From: Azolla caroliniana
Taxonomy: Eukaryota; Plantae; Polypodiophyta
Direction of reading: 5' to 3'
Assembly (NCBI GenBank): GCA_043228905.1
Contig: JBHGNT010000003.1
Coordinates: forward strand, 7,502,001 to 7,566,000
Length of the DNA stretch: 64,000 bases
A program made the translations under genes and the position numbers. The stretch's first letter is position 1. Each line of letters begins with the position of its first letter. Below, piece after piece: positions 53,622 through 64,000 of this stretch. The notes beneath the pieces were generated by a model, which did no database searches, was not told the DNA's origin, and saw only the letters and a list, made by a program, of their open reading frames with translations.

Positions 53622-54347
53622 TGTCAGTTGTTGTGCCTTAGTGATTTATCCCACATACATCGATAGTTAATACCACTATGCCTATATATATACTAACCCA
53701 ACTTTTTTATAGTACAAATATATATATGCATATATATACTGATCCAAACTTCTACTCGACACGTTTTGGCCAATCGTGTCACGGTATATCGGCCGAAAAG
53801 ACAAATTGTGTTGAACATCCAAGTATAAATAGTGAGTGAAGCATGAGTGAGAGAAGAACGTGTTGCAAGGGAAAAGCAACAGAGAGCGAACATAGTGGTG
53901 GTTGTGAGAGAGTGAGTGACATAGCTCTGAAACTAAGTGTCAAAGGAAGCAAAGAAAGAAGAGTGTAACAAAGAAGAAAGAAACAGAACACAGAAGCTTT
54001 GATAACTTCGAATGAGATAGATTACCTACGAGTTAGGGTTTGGTGCACTCGAAGTTAGGGTTTGGTGCACTCGACTGAAATTGTGGTTTCAAATAACAAC
54101 CTGAGAGTACATCCATACCAAATCATGCTCTATCATTCTATGATTGAATTCTTTCTTGTCTCATAGTGGAAATCTTTGTTCACCATGGTTTTTCCTTGAA
54201 ATCAAGGTTTTCCACATAAATCGTGTGTTGCTTGTTTTTTGTTTGTTTGTGTCTCAGTATATTTGTGGTTTACGTCTGAGTGTAAAATCTTTCACTGTGT
54301 ATATCAGCTATGCAATATTCTCAAGGCACACAAGAATTTTGCTGACA
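53622..54347 (+). mobile_element. Probable solo Copia LTR without a matching TSD
   Basis: Inverted termini tgtcag / ctgaca; tataaata box; 22-bp tandem repeat gttagggtttggtgcactcgaa; U5-like ccatggtttttcc...ttttccacataaatc. Flanks taaca and ttttt do not match. Confidence 0.6.
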
Positions 54348-55779
54348 TTTTTTGGATACCTCTTACAAAAAGACACTGAATATTCACAAATATGAGCTAT
54401 TCTTTCCAGCTAATGTTGTTGAAAATAGAGATTTAATTCTACAGGAACTGTACATCTCAAACAAAAAGCCCTCCATTAATTTAAGGCTAATGTGTCCAAA
54501 AGAACTAATTGGAATTTTAATCATGCAAAGCAGAATAGCAAAAAATCATAGAACATCACTCCCGCACCACACCAACCCTGCCAAATTCCACACTAATCCC
54601 CAATCCCCACCTGCCCCTACCAATCGGAAAGTCACCCTGTTTTAATGTTTTAAACAATCCTAATCATCACTCTTCAATTGAATATATCAGTCACTATCTT
54701 CAAAATGCAATAAAATGAGCTTTATGAAAGAGAGAGAGAGAGAGAGCCGAGCAATCGATCAGATTGAAAACTATTTGTACAGTTTAGGTCGCTCATGCGT
54801 ACGAGAGTACTCGGAAAGGCGCTTGTATCTTTTCCTCCTAATATTGCTGTGTCAAGGCTCTCTATAAAAGTCTCTACTTCTGCCCCTCCTACATATTTAT
54901 AGGACATTTTCAAAAGTAAAACCCTGAAAATACAAATCAGAGTGTTTGCATGATCCCACATTGTTCGTCCATCATTCCTCCAAAACTAGTCCTTCATTTT
55001 AAACACCACATTGCTTTCATCTATACCTTCATCATACCAACTCCACATATCCTGCTTGTCTTCAGATCCAAATTTGTTTCAACGATTTTCAACTGAATTC
55101 CGCTTCTTGTTCTTGTTTTTAGCAACAAATTGTGTCATCCACCTTCTTCAAGAAATCTGAGTAAAATTTGCAGAAAAATAGATACAAGTATGTATAGGGA
55201 CACAAGCTTTAGGAAACCAAAGAGATTACTGTTTTTCTTAGCAGTTCTAAATTGCCAAAATCATCCAAATCCTTGTTTTGTAAGAAAATTAATTATTACT
55301 TTGGCAATGCCTCCTTTTGTCTTCAATTATTCTTCTATTAGCCTATTGCAGTAATCATTGATGATGAAGTACATTTATAAAATTCAGGGTTCATAGCGTT
55401 ATGCAAAATGTGAAGTTAGAATTGAATTTGTTTCATTGCGTAGGGATATAATCTTTACAGTCTCAAACTAAAACAGTGGAAACTTAAATCCCAGTGGATT
55501 AATAGTTAATTACAGGCAGGCACCAGAACCAGTTAAGAAAAAATGGAACCTTCACTTGACCTATGCTTAATTCTGCCTACGGACGCTCGTTCTTTTACCG
55601 CATTTGTCGTTCAGGAAGGACTACAGAAACTACCGCCATTGATCGAACCTAGATACACGAAAACATCGAACTAAGACAGATGTTGAGCTTTGAATTAATC
55701 ACAGTTCCAAGGAAATCATTTCTGAGAGTGCTGTGATAGGATGAATGGAAAAAGGTAGCCAAAACCAATTTCACAAGGA

Positions 55780-55879
55780 GACGCTCAGAAAATACAAACT
55801 GTGAAGAGAATATGAAATCGTCATCAGCGATGGAGTTGGAACATCTTCAGATCATATCTATTCTTTTCATCATCGCGTC
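55780..55879 (-). ncRNA. Box C/D snoRNA (or scaRNA) candidate, 100 nt
   Basis: Minus strand: GACGC-G-ATGATGA (C)...CTGA (D')...CTGATGA (C')...CTGA (D)-GCGTC. Perfect 5-bp terminal stem with canonical k-turn spacing; telo-box about 70 nt upstream. Confidence 0.75.
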
Positions 55880-55949
55880 AAAACGTTCTCTGAAATCAGA
55901 GAAGCAGAGCAAAGGGGTGGAGCAGAACACAGAACTTGCAGATAGCCGG

Positions 55950-55958
55950 AAACCCTAA
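55950..55958. promoter_or_regulatory. Telo-box AAACCCTAA upstream of the snoRNA candidate
   Basis: Exact motif; telo-boxes are typical of plant snoRNA and ribosome-biogenesis gene 5' regions. Confidence 0.5.
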
Positions 55959-56200
55959 AAGTTCTGTGTAATTTAGAGCCTAAAAGCACTGGTTTCACAC
56001 TTGTCCGCCCAAACATTTTCATTATATCATCTCCTTGGAAATCTTATGGGATTAAAGAACAAAAAGGCTATATAAGTGTTGTGATTTTGGTTATATATTA
56101 TATTTTACCCCCCCCCCCCCCCCCCCATCACACTGGACCATCAAAAAATGATTGATTCGATTGAAATTTCATGACAATTTTATTGTTTGCTCGCACGATT

Positions 56201-56292
56201 CGCCAAAGTCATGTGATTTAGTGTCAAAAGTGAACATATTGTGATACGCCAAAGTCATGTGATTTAGTGTCGAATGTGAACATATTGTGATA
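56201..56292. repeat. 46-bp tandem duplication
   Basis: cgccaaagtcatgtgatttagtgtc(a/g)aa(a/t)gtgaacatattgtgata occurs twice. Confidence 0.9.
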
Positions 56293-56599
56293 CTGTTCAA
56301 TGCACTTCTCCAAATAATGCTCCTAATCATAATTGACACAACAAATCTATTTTATGGTATATTCATAATACATAATGACTTTAGCTCCATCTGCAAAAGC
56401 CAACTTACATGAATAACAATGAAGCAAAAAAGATGATATTAAAACTAGTCCATGTGTGATTGTTTCTTTAGTGGGAATCGCTAAACTTTCTTGAATTTCT
56501 TGGAAAATCAATTAAAATATTGTTGTTGTGGCAATATTTTGAACCAACGATTCATCTCTTGGGAGAGAGTATATATGTTGCAAAAACCTTGACTCAGTG

Positions 56600-57630
56600 A
56601 AATCTTCGTACTCTAGGGGCAACTTCACAAGTGCAACAAGTTGCAAGGAGGCTAGTTAGGACGAGATGGAGTATATAAGCTTAAGCTTGCTTTATGGCGT
56701 GTAGGGAAGAGGTCGCTCAAAAGAATGAACTCTTGTATTGAAGGAAGTGGATGAGAAATCAGCTTAGAGAGTTTGCATTGATTCATAGAGGATGAACAAA
56801 AGAAAAGGAATAATTTATATTTGAGTGTGCTTGTGAAAGCAAATATAGCATTGGCCTAGAGAGGGCTCACACAAATGGTCGAGACAATATAGGCCCATAA
56901 CCATGATTGGCAAAAGTTGATAAAACAAGTTCATTAATTCACAATTAGGTCATGAGATTTGAGCTTAGGTTGACCCAAGACAACCAAAAAATGTAGAGTA
57001 GCAATGAGCTCGAATGAATTTTTCAAATAAGCTCTCTCAAAAATGGATCCACAAGTGCTTATTATGTTCTAAGATTACATATGTGGATATCTCATGCCCA
57101 TCAACAAATCTTGATATATTTGCTAGATGCTCATACTTCATTGTAGGGACACCAAGCTCCAAAGCAAATGCAATATCCATGAAATAATCATTTGCACGAC
57201 CATTGAGTTGTGGCAACTACATACCCAAACTTTGACACTAACACCATTGAAATTGGAAATCATAAAAGCTTTAGTGGCATTGCTACAACAAGTCGAGCGT
57301 CGAGTGAGAGTTCATGAACTTTGAGAAGTCAATTGGGAGATTCTTACTGCTCAAAGTAGTCCTTGAAGTTTCATGATTGACGGGAAGACTAAACAAGGTA
57401 TTACCAATTCCCCCACAACAAATTCATAATATAGCCTCTCTTTAATGTTATTACATTTTCTTAGTAGTTGACAAAGAACTTGAAATAACATGATTAATCT
57501 ACATTGCTACTCACTTGTTTAACTTCAAGGCCACGAAACATATAAAAAATTGGTATTATTAACACTCCTAGAGGAATTATGAGATGACATTATCCTTGTT
57601 TGTATTTGAGAAGACAATTATCACAACAAA
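56600..57630 (-). mobile_element. Second ancient degenerate Gypsy gag-protease fragment
   Basis: Minus strand LNGRANDYFMDIAF...FVDGHEIS...FELIATLHFLVVLGQP...KLPLEYEDF aligns by eye with the chromovirus protease and linker at 59670-60160. Confidence 0.55.
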
Positions 57631-57990
57631 TTGGTAACCCTATTGCCTTCCCCAAAGTCATGATACGGTCATAAATCTAAGTATGGGATGCAAGTAGAAC
57701 AATATTTTTTTTAAAAAATAAACAAATGAAAGCCAAGATCTTGGAGAATGTCAATCTCCCATGACAACTAGAAACATGGCCATAGCTGGGCTTGGTTCAA
57801 GCCTACATTTCCTCAATGAAAAAGAGATCCCGAACATGGTCTAGAATCTGTCATGGCAACATACATTTTGGCCTTACAAGGATTCAAGCCCAAGATGTCT
57901 TGGTCTATATGTTAAACCTTTAACCATTATACTAACATATATGATGTATATTATAATAAATGTATTATTAGTTATTACAAGACATTTAGA

Positions 57991-58090
57991 GTATTCTAGA
58001 ACATTCTAGAGTATTCCAGAACATTCTAGGATATTCCATGATTATATTAAATATCATAAATATCTAAAATATTCTAGAACATTCTAGAAT
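57991..58090 (+). promoter_or_regulatory. Heat-shock-element arrays in the 5' LTR U3, upstream of TATA (58105-58112); expanded copy at 63281-63400
   Basis: Alternating TTC/GAA at 5-bp spacing, for example TTCtaGAAcaTTCtaGAA at 58072-58089. Confidence 0.7.
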
Positions 58091-58304
58091 ACTCCATAAG
58101 GACTTATAAATAGGTGTTCATTCATCACAACTCATTCGGTTCAACACCAGTTTGTAGCCCCTTAGCCTACTCTTTGTAATCCTTGCTCTCTTATAATATA
58201 AACTCTCTTTCCATTTCTAGTGTTCTCTCTCTCTCTCTCTCTCTCTCCCTTTACCTTCTACTATCATCTTATTTTTCTCTCTCCTATTCTCGAGTCACGA
58301 CAGT

Positions 58305-58315
58305 TTGAACCGAAT
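58305..58315 (+). other. Self-priming PBS (Tf1 type)
   Basis: ttgaaccgaat is the exact reverse complement of attcggttcaa (58134-58144) at the predicted transcript 5' end; no TGG tRNA PBS is present. Confidence 0.82.
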
Positions 58316-58395
58316 TTATCTCTTTTCTTCTTCTCCAACTTCTTCTTCGTATCTTAACCTTATTCAACCAAATCTAGCAATTTTCTATCGCAACT

Positions 58396-59514
58396 ATGGA
58401 GTCCGTCAGCAAGCAAGAATATATGCGTGTTCTCTCCGAGCTCGAAATGCTAACAACCAAATTCGTGGCACTAGAGCATGAAAATCAAAGATTGATGGGA
58501 GACCTACAACAAGTAAGTGCTGAGAAAGTACAACAATATGAAGATTTATCTCAACGGGTGCATCAATTGGAGACTACTCTATTGCAACGACAAGCGGTGG
58601 AAGTTCAAACCTCGCCGAAGGAACCCAAGATTAGTCTGTCGACCAAGTTTGATGGTACAAGGTCTCAATTTCGTGGATTTTTAAATTAGGTATGGCTTGT
58701 GATTAAATTGCATCCTAGTCGTTACCCAACTGATGTTGCTCGTGTGGGTCTAGTTGGTACCTTGTTAACGGGTACCACATTAGCGTGGTTTGCACCACTC
58801 CTAGAGAAGCACTCACCATTATTAGAAGATTTTAAAGGGTTTATTAATGAGTTCCAAGCCAACTTTGGAGACACTGATAGTATGAGGACTGCAATAAACA
58901 AAATTCGGCGATTACGACAAGGAGATCGTCCTGCTTCCGCTTATGCTGCAAATTTTCACCTTCTAGCATGTGATATTCCATGGGACGAGGCGGCATTAAT
59001 GGACCAATTTCGTCAAGGTCTGCGCAACGATGTGAAGGATTTACTTCTTACCTTCCATGATGATCCAAAATCTCTTATTGAAGCAGTAAGTCGGGCCGTG
59101 CGATGTGACAATCACTTATTTGAGCAGCGTTCTGAGCGCCAACAAATGTTACGCTTTCGACCAACAAAAACATATGCTTTGGTGGTTGCAACTCCACCAC
59201 AAGTATCAAAGTCAAGTGTGGTGGAAGGCCCTACTCCAATGGAAATCAAGAAACCACGACGTCGAGGACCATTATCGGATGCTGAAAAGCAACGACGACG
59301 AGCGAATCATCTATGCCTCTATTGTGGTGGTCTAGGGCATATTGATGTGAATTGTCCACATAAACCACGACGAAAAGTTAACCAAGTAAGTGCTCATGAC
59401 AATCCCATCTCAATTTCTGCCCTGCCTTCTCGTAACCCAAGTAGGCCTAGTAGTCCCTGTCATAAAAATACATTTGATGTCTTGAGCCAATTAGATGATA
59501 TGTTAAACGAGTAA
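58396..59514 (+). pseudogene. Chromovirus gag with a premature TAG at 58687-58689
   Basis: EPKISLSTKFDGTRSQFRGFL, LRQGDRPASAY, GPTPMEI, zinc knuckle CLYCGGLGHIDVNC. Confidence 0.9.
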
Positions 59515-62500
59515 GTCCGGCCAAAATCGAAGTCATTTGGTTGGACAACCCTAGGCATGTAACGTCCGTCCCTAGTTGTGGTTCCATTTCATCCGGTCAA
59601 GTTAGTCGAGTTTTCTCTGCACAAGTTGAGCTTAACACATCTAGGTGCCATCGAGTCCCAACTTCTACCCTCTTAGACTCTGAAGCCAACTCTTGTTTCA
59701 TGGATCGTGAGTTTGTTGTAATGCATAATATTCAGTTGCATAAGCTCCCAAGCCCAGTATCAGTCGGAGTCATTGATGGACGCCCCATAGCATCAGGTGA
59801 TATAGTTGAAGAGTCTAAACCAATTCATGTAGTCCTAGGCAATTTGGCTAGTGTCATCTCATTCAACATCATTAGTAGTCCAGAGCACTCCCTAGTTCTT
59901 GGTCTTCCATGGTTTGAGCTACATAACCCAACTATTGATTGGAGAAAAAGAACCATTGAATAAGTCACAATACAATCTGAGCCTCTTAAAACTCCAACAA
60001 AGGATATGCCATTCCAAAAGATTTCGACAATCTCTATACATCAATTACGTGAGGAAGGACGGAAGGAAGACATATTGGTGTTCGCAGTTTTAGCAGCTCC
60101 CACATCGAGCTCACAAGAATCGGGGGTCCAACTACCGAAGAAATATATAGAATTCTCCGATGTTTTTGATAAGGTGAAGGCCAATAGACTACCAGAGCAT
60201 CAACCATATGATTGCCTGATTGATTTGCAGCCCGGAAAAGAGCCTCCATGGGGGCCAATTTATAACCTTTCACCCACGGAGTTAGAGGTTCTTCGAGAAT
60301 ATATCGATGAGAACTTGGCGAATGGGTTTATCCAGCATTCAAGATCTCCTGCCGGCGCACCCATATTTTTCGTTAAGAAGAAAGATGGTTCGCTTCGTCT
60401 GGTCGTGGATTATTGAGGATTGAATAAAGTAACTATTCGAAACCGATATGCTCTACCATTGATTTCGAGCCTTTTGGAACACCTCAATGGAGCTAAGTAT
60501 TTCACAAAGTTAGATCTTCGAGGTGCTTACAATCTTGTTCGAATTCGTCCTGGGGATGAATGGAAGACTGCTTTTCGTACTCGCTATGGCCATTTTGAGT
60601 ATACAATGATGCCATTTGGTCTCACGAATGCACCAACAGTTTTCCAACATATGGCGAATGACATTTTTCGAGATTTCCTCGATATTTTCATCATAATTTA
60701 CCTAGATGATATCTTGATCTACTCAAAAACTCAAGAGGATCATGATATACACGTTCGACAAGCTTTGCAACGGTTGCGTGAATATGGTCTCTATGCAAAA
60801 TTGGAGAAGTGCAGCTTTGACCATCATCAAGTGGAATTTTTGGGGTACATAGTCTCTTCACATGGCATCTCTATGGATCTAGGAAAGGTTCAAACAATTT
60901 TGGATTGGCAAACACCACAGTCTGTGCGAGATGTACAATGTTTTTTAGGGTTCGCAAACTTTTATCGCAAGTTCATCAAAGATTATTCAAAGATCGTATT
61001 GCCCCTCACTCAACTGACACAGAAGAATCAACCATTTGTGTGGAGTATAAATGCAAACTCTACATTTGAAGGATTAAAGCAAGCATTTACATCCGCACCA
61101 ATTTTGATGCATGTTGATCCATTGAAGCGCTTTATATTGGAAGCTGATGCATCTGACTTTGCACTAGGAAGCGTATTATCCCAAATTAGCAATGATGGAC
61201 AACTGCACCTTGTGGCTTTTCATTCACGGAAATTCGAAGCTGCAGAAATCAACTATGAGATTCACGACAAAGAGCTTCTTGCCATTGTGGATTCTTTTCA
61301 ACAATGGCGTCATTTTTTGGAGGGTTCGTCTCAACAAATCATTGTCTATAATGATCACAAAAATCTAATGTACTTCCAAAGTGCTCGAGTCTTGAGTCGT
61401 CGACAAGCTCGTTGGGCGCAGTTTTTAACTCATTTTGATTTTGTAATTCTATATTGCCCTGGGACGCAACAAGGCAAAGCAGATGCTTTATCTCGGCGTT
61501 CATATATGGAACTTCAACCAGGAGAGGCCGCATTTGAAAGTCAGAAGCAAATCCTCTTGGGTCCTGACCGTCTACGACTAATGGCTTTTCATGCTATAGA
61601 CACACCCGAGGATTCAAATCTTCTAGACTCCATTCGGGAGCATATTGAGACTGATGAATTCGCCCAAGATATTCTGAACCATATTATCCCAGATCGTGCT
61701 TCTTGTTCACAATCTCAAAATCCTCGTCAAGACTACAACCAGCTCAATTGGCATGATGGTTTACTTTTTCGACAAAATCTCTTATATGTGCCTGATGGTC
61801 CTTCTCGACTCCAAGTCTTGAAACAATGTCATGATACACCAATGGTTGGACATTTTGGCATCCACAAGACTTTGGCGTTAATTTCTCGAAGGTATTGGTG
61901 GCCACGACTTCGCCATTTTGTTACGGATTATGTTCGTAGTTGTGATACATGTTGCCGATTCAAAAAACCTCAACATCATCCATATGGCTTATTACAGCCA
62001 ATGCCTATTCCTGAGAGTCCATGGAAATCTATTTCATTGGACTTCATTACGGATCTACCACCTTCCAAGGGTTTTGATTCTATTCTCACGGTAGTAGATC
62101 GTTTTACCAAGATGACACATTTTCTTCCCTGCACAAAGGCCATTACGAGCCAAGAGACAACCGAGTTACTCATGCGAGAGGTGTTTCGGCATCATGGTCT
62201 TCCTAATGATATTATCAGTGATCGGGGTCCCCAGTTCATCTCAAAATTTTGGCGGCACATGTTCAAACTCTTACATACTTCTTGCAAACTCTCTTCCGGC
62301 TACCATCCAGAAACTAACGGACAGAGTGAGCGCACCAACCAAACAGTAGAACAATATCTTCGTTGTTTTGTCAACTATCAACAAGATGATTGGGTTGATC
62401 TATTACATTTGGCGGAATTTGCTTACAACAACTCAGAACATTCTTCTACTGGATATTCCCCATTTTTTGCAAACATTGGGTACCATCCTCGTTGGACTAT

Positions 62501-63146
62501 GCTTGAACATCCCGAACTCCCGACAAACCCGGTTGCTGAAGATCGGCTCACCCGACTCCAAGAAGTTCAAGATATCCTTTTGCACCATTTATGTGATGCT
62601 CAAAACACTCAAAAGAAGGTTGCTGACCGTCATCGACGTGATTCATCGACTACGTTTCAAGTGGGGGATCGAGTATGGCTTTTACAAGGTCGCATTAAAA
62701 CCACCCGACCTTGCTACAAATTGGATTATCAACGTTTTGGCTCATATGTGATATCTGGTAAGATCAATGATGTGGCATTTCGCCTTGATCTTCCCCCTCA
62801 TATGCATCTTCACCCGGTCTTCCATGTTTCACTTTTGGAGTTGTACACAACCAGCTCTATTCCAGGCCGTCGTACATCTCCCCCACCTCCAATCGAAGTT
62901 TTGGATGGCTCCGAATATGAAGTTGTTGCCATTCTCGACTCCAAGATCGTTCGCAACAAACTGTATTATTTGGTTGACTGGTTAGGTTATACACCTAATG
63001 ATCGAACATGGGAACCTCTTGAGAATCTTGCTAATGCCTCTGAAATGGTTGCTGCATTTCACAACAAATATCCTCATAAACCAAGTCCGAAATCTTGTCT
63101 TCCGACTCGTGGAACTCGTCGTCGAAAAGGGGGGATAATGTCATGA
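59499..63146 (+). pseudogene. Chromovirus pol (PR-RT-RNaseH-INT-chromodomain) in the -1 frame relative to gag; stops at 59961 and 60414
   Basis: LLDSEAN (mutated DSG), PIFFVKKKDGSLR, YLDD, DASDFALG, integrase HHCC and D,D(35)E region, chromodomain EYEV..ILD...YLVDWLGY....TWEP. Confidence 0.93.
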
Positions 63147-63717
63147 TGACATACATTTTGGCCTTACAAGGATTCGAGCCCAAGACGTCTTGGTCTATAT
63201 GTTAGACCTTTAACCATTATACCTACATATATGATGTATAATATAATAAATGTATTATTAGTTATTACAAGACATTTAGAGTGTTCTAGAACATTCTAGA
63301 GTGTTCTAGAACATTCTAGAGTATTCTAGAACATTCTAGGATATTCCATGATTATATTAAATATCATAAATATCTAAAATATTCTAGAACATTCTAGAAT
63401 ACTCCATAAGGACTTATAAATAGGTGTATATTCATTCATCACAACTCATTCGGTTCAACACCAGTTTGTAGCCCCTTAACCTACTCTTTGTAATCCTTGC
63501 TCTCTCATAATATAAACTCTCTTTCCATTTCTAGTGTTCTTTCTCTCTCTCTCTCTCTCCCTCTCCCTCTACCTTCTAATGTCATCTTATTTTTCTCTCT
63601 CCTATTCTCAAGTCACGACAGAATCATCAGAATAGGAAAACACGGTGAACATCTATACGTGTGGGTTAGCCAAGCCAAAGGAAAACATAATGGGCGATGA
63701 TTAGGCCATGCCAAATT

Positions 63718-64000
63718 TAGCAATGGGCCCGGTTCAGTTTCTTTGCCTTGAAACCAAATCGAACTCAACCGAACCATTTATATAAAACAAAAACCAAACC
63801 ACACCGTTTATGAACTCTCAAGCCATTTAAACCAAACCACTTAAGAAAAGGTAAACCAAAACCATTTAACCCAAACCGTTTAGGGAAAAGTTGAAATAAA
63901 TCCAAACCTATAAACCAATAAACCCGAGTTTTGGAACCAAACCGAATCGTTTATTAAAAATCTAAACTAAACCAAACCATTATTATTTTGGGGAACCAAT
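63718..64000. mobile_element. Inverted relative of the 48105-48557 element, truncated by the window end
   Basis: tagcaatgg...accgaaccatttatataaaac...gaactctcaagccatttaa matches the reverse complement of 48420-48557. Confidence 0.7.

Larger units (their letters stand above)
57849..63620 (+). mobile_element. Full-length Ty3/Gypsy chromovirus (Tcn1-like), inactivated by premature stops
   Basis: LTRs 57849-58302 and 63139-63620 (TG...CA); TSD GAATC (57844-57848 and 63621-63625); PPT aaaagggggga at 63125-63135; domain order gag, PR, RT, RH, INT, chromodomain. Confidence 0.97.

Noticed and set aside
54935-55040. Second C/D snoRNA (ATGATGA...CTGA, minus strand)
   Set aside because: No terminal stem, and the putative C box overlaps an exon-like end with a splice donor.
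59511-59644. Possible intron (GTAAGT...CTAG) that would fuse gag to pol in frame
   Set aside because: The phase fits, but the branch point to AG distance is short, and the slippery heptamer plus stem-loop explain the overlap better.

Overview
Eukaryotic nuclear DNA from a land plant, probably a non-seed plant such as a fern or lycophyte (inferred from a Tcn1-like chromovirus). The window is dominated by transposable elements. Left end: a decayed Ty3/Gypsy element (minus strand) fused to a nest of three Ty1/Copia remnants. One of these has both LTRs, but its gag-PR-INT region is replaced by a 186-bp copy of neighbouring DNA, and it is flanked by a 55-bp duplication rather than a 5-bp TSD. Bases 5174-26773 recur almost identically at 26874-48467 across a 100-N gap (only 3 differences seen by eye), most likely an unmerged contig overlap. 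That unit holds the only confident host protein gene, a 7-exon pirin (343 aa, minus strand), plus hAT-type MITEs, a fold-back, a T-rich tract and a doubtful small-peptide locus. Right part: nested solo LTRs, old Gypsy fragments, a canonical box C/D snoRNA candidate, and a full-length but stop-inactivated chromovirus. Its cis-signals are unusually clear: a Tf1-type self-priming PBS, a GUUAAAC -1 frameshift site with stem-loop, and heat-shock-element arrays in the LTRs. All calls were read by eye; no database search was run.
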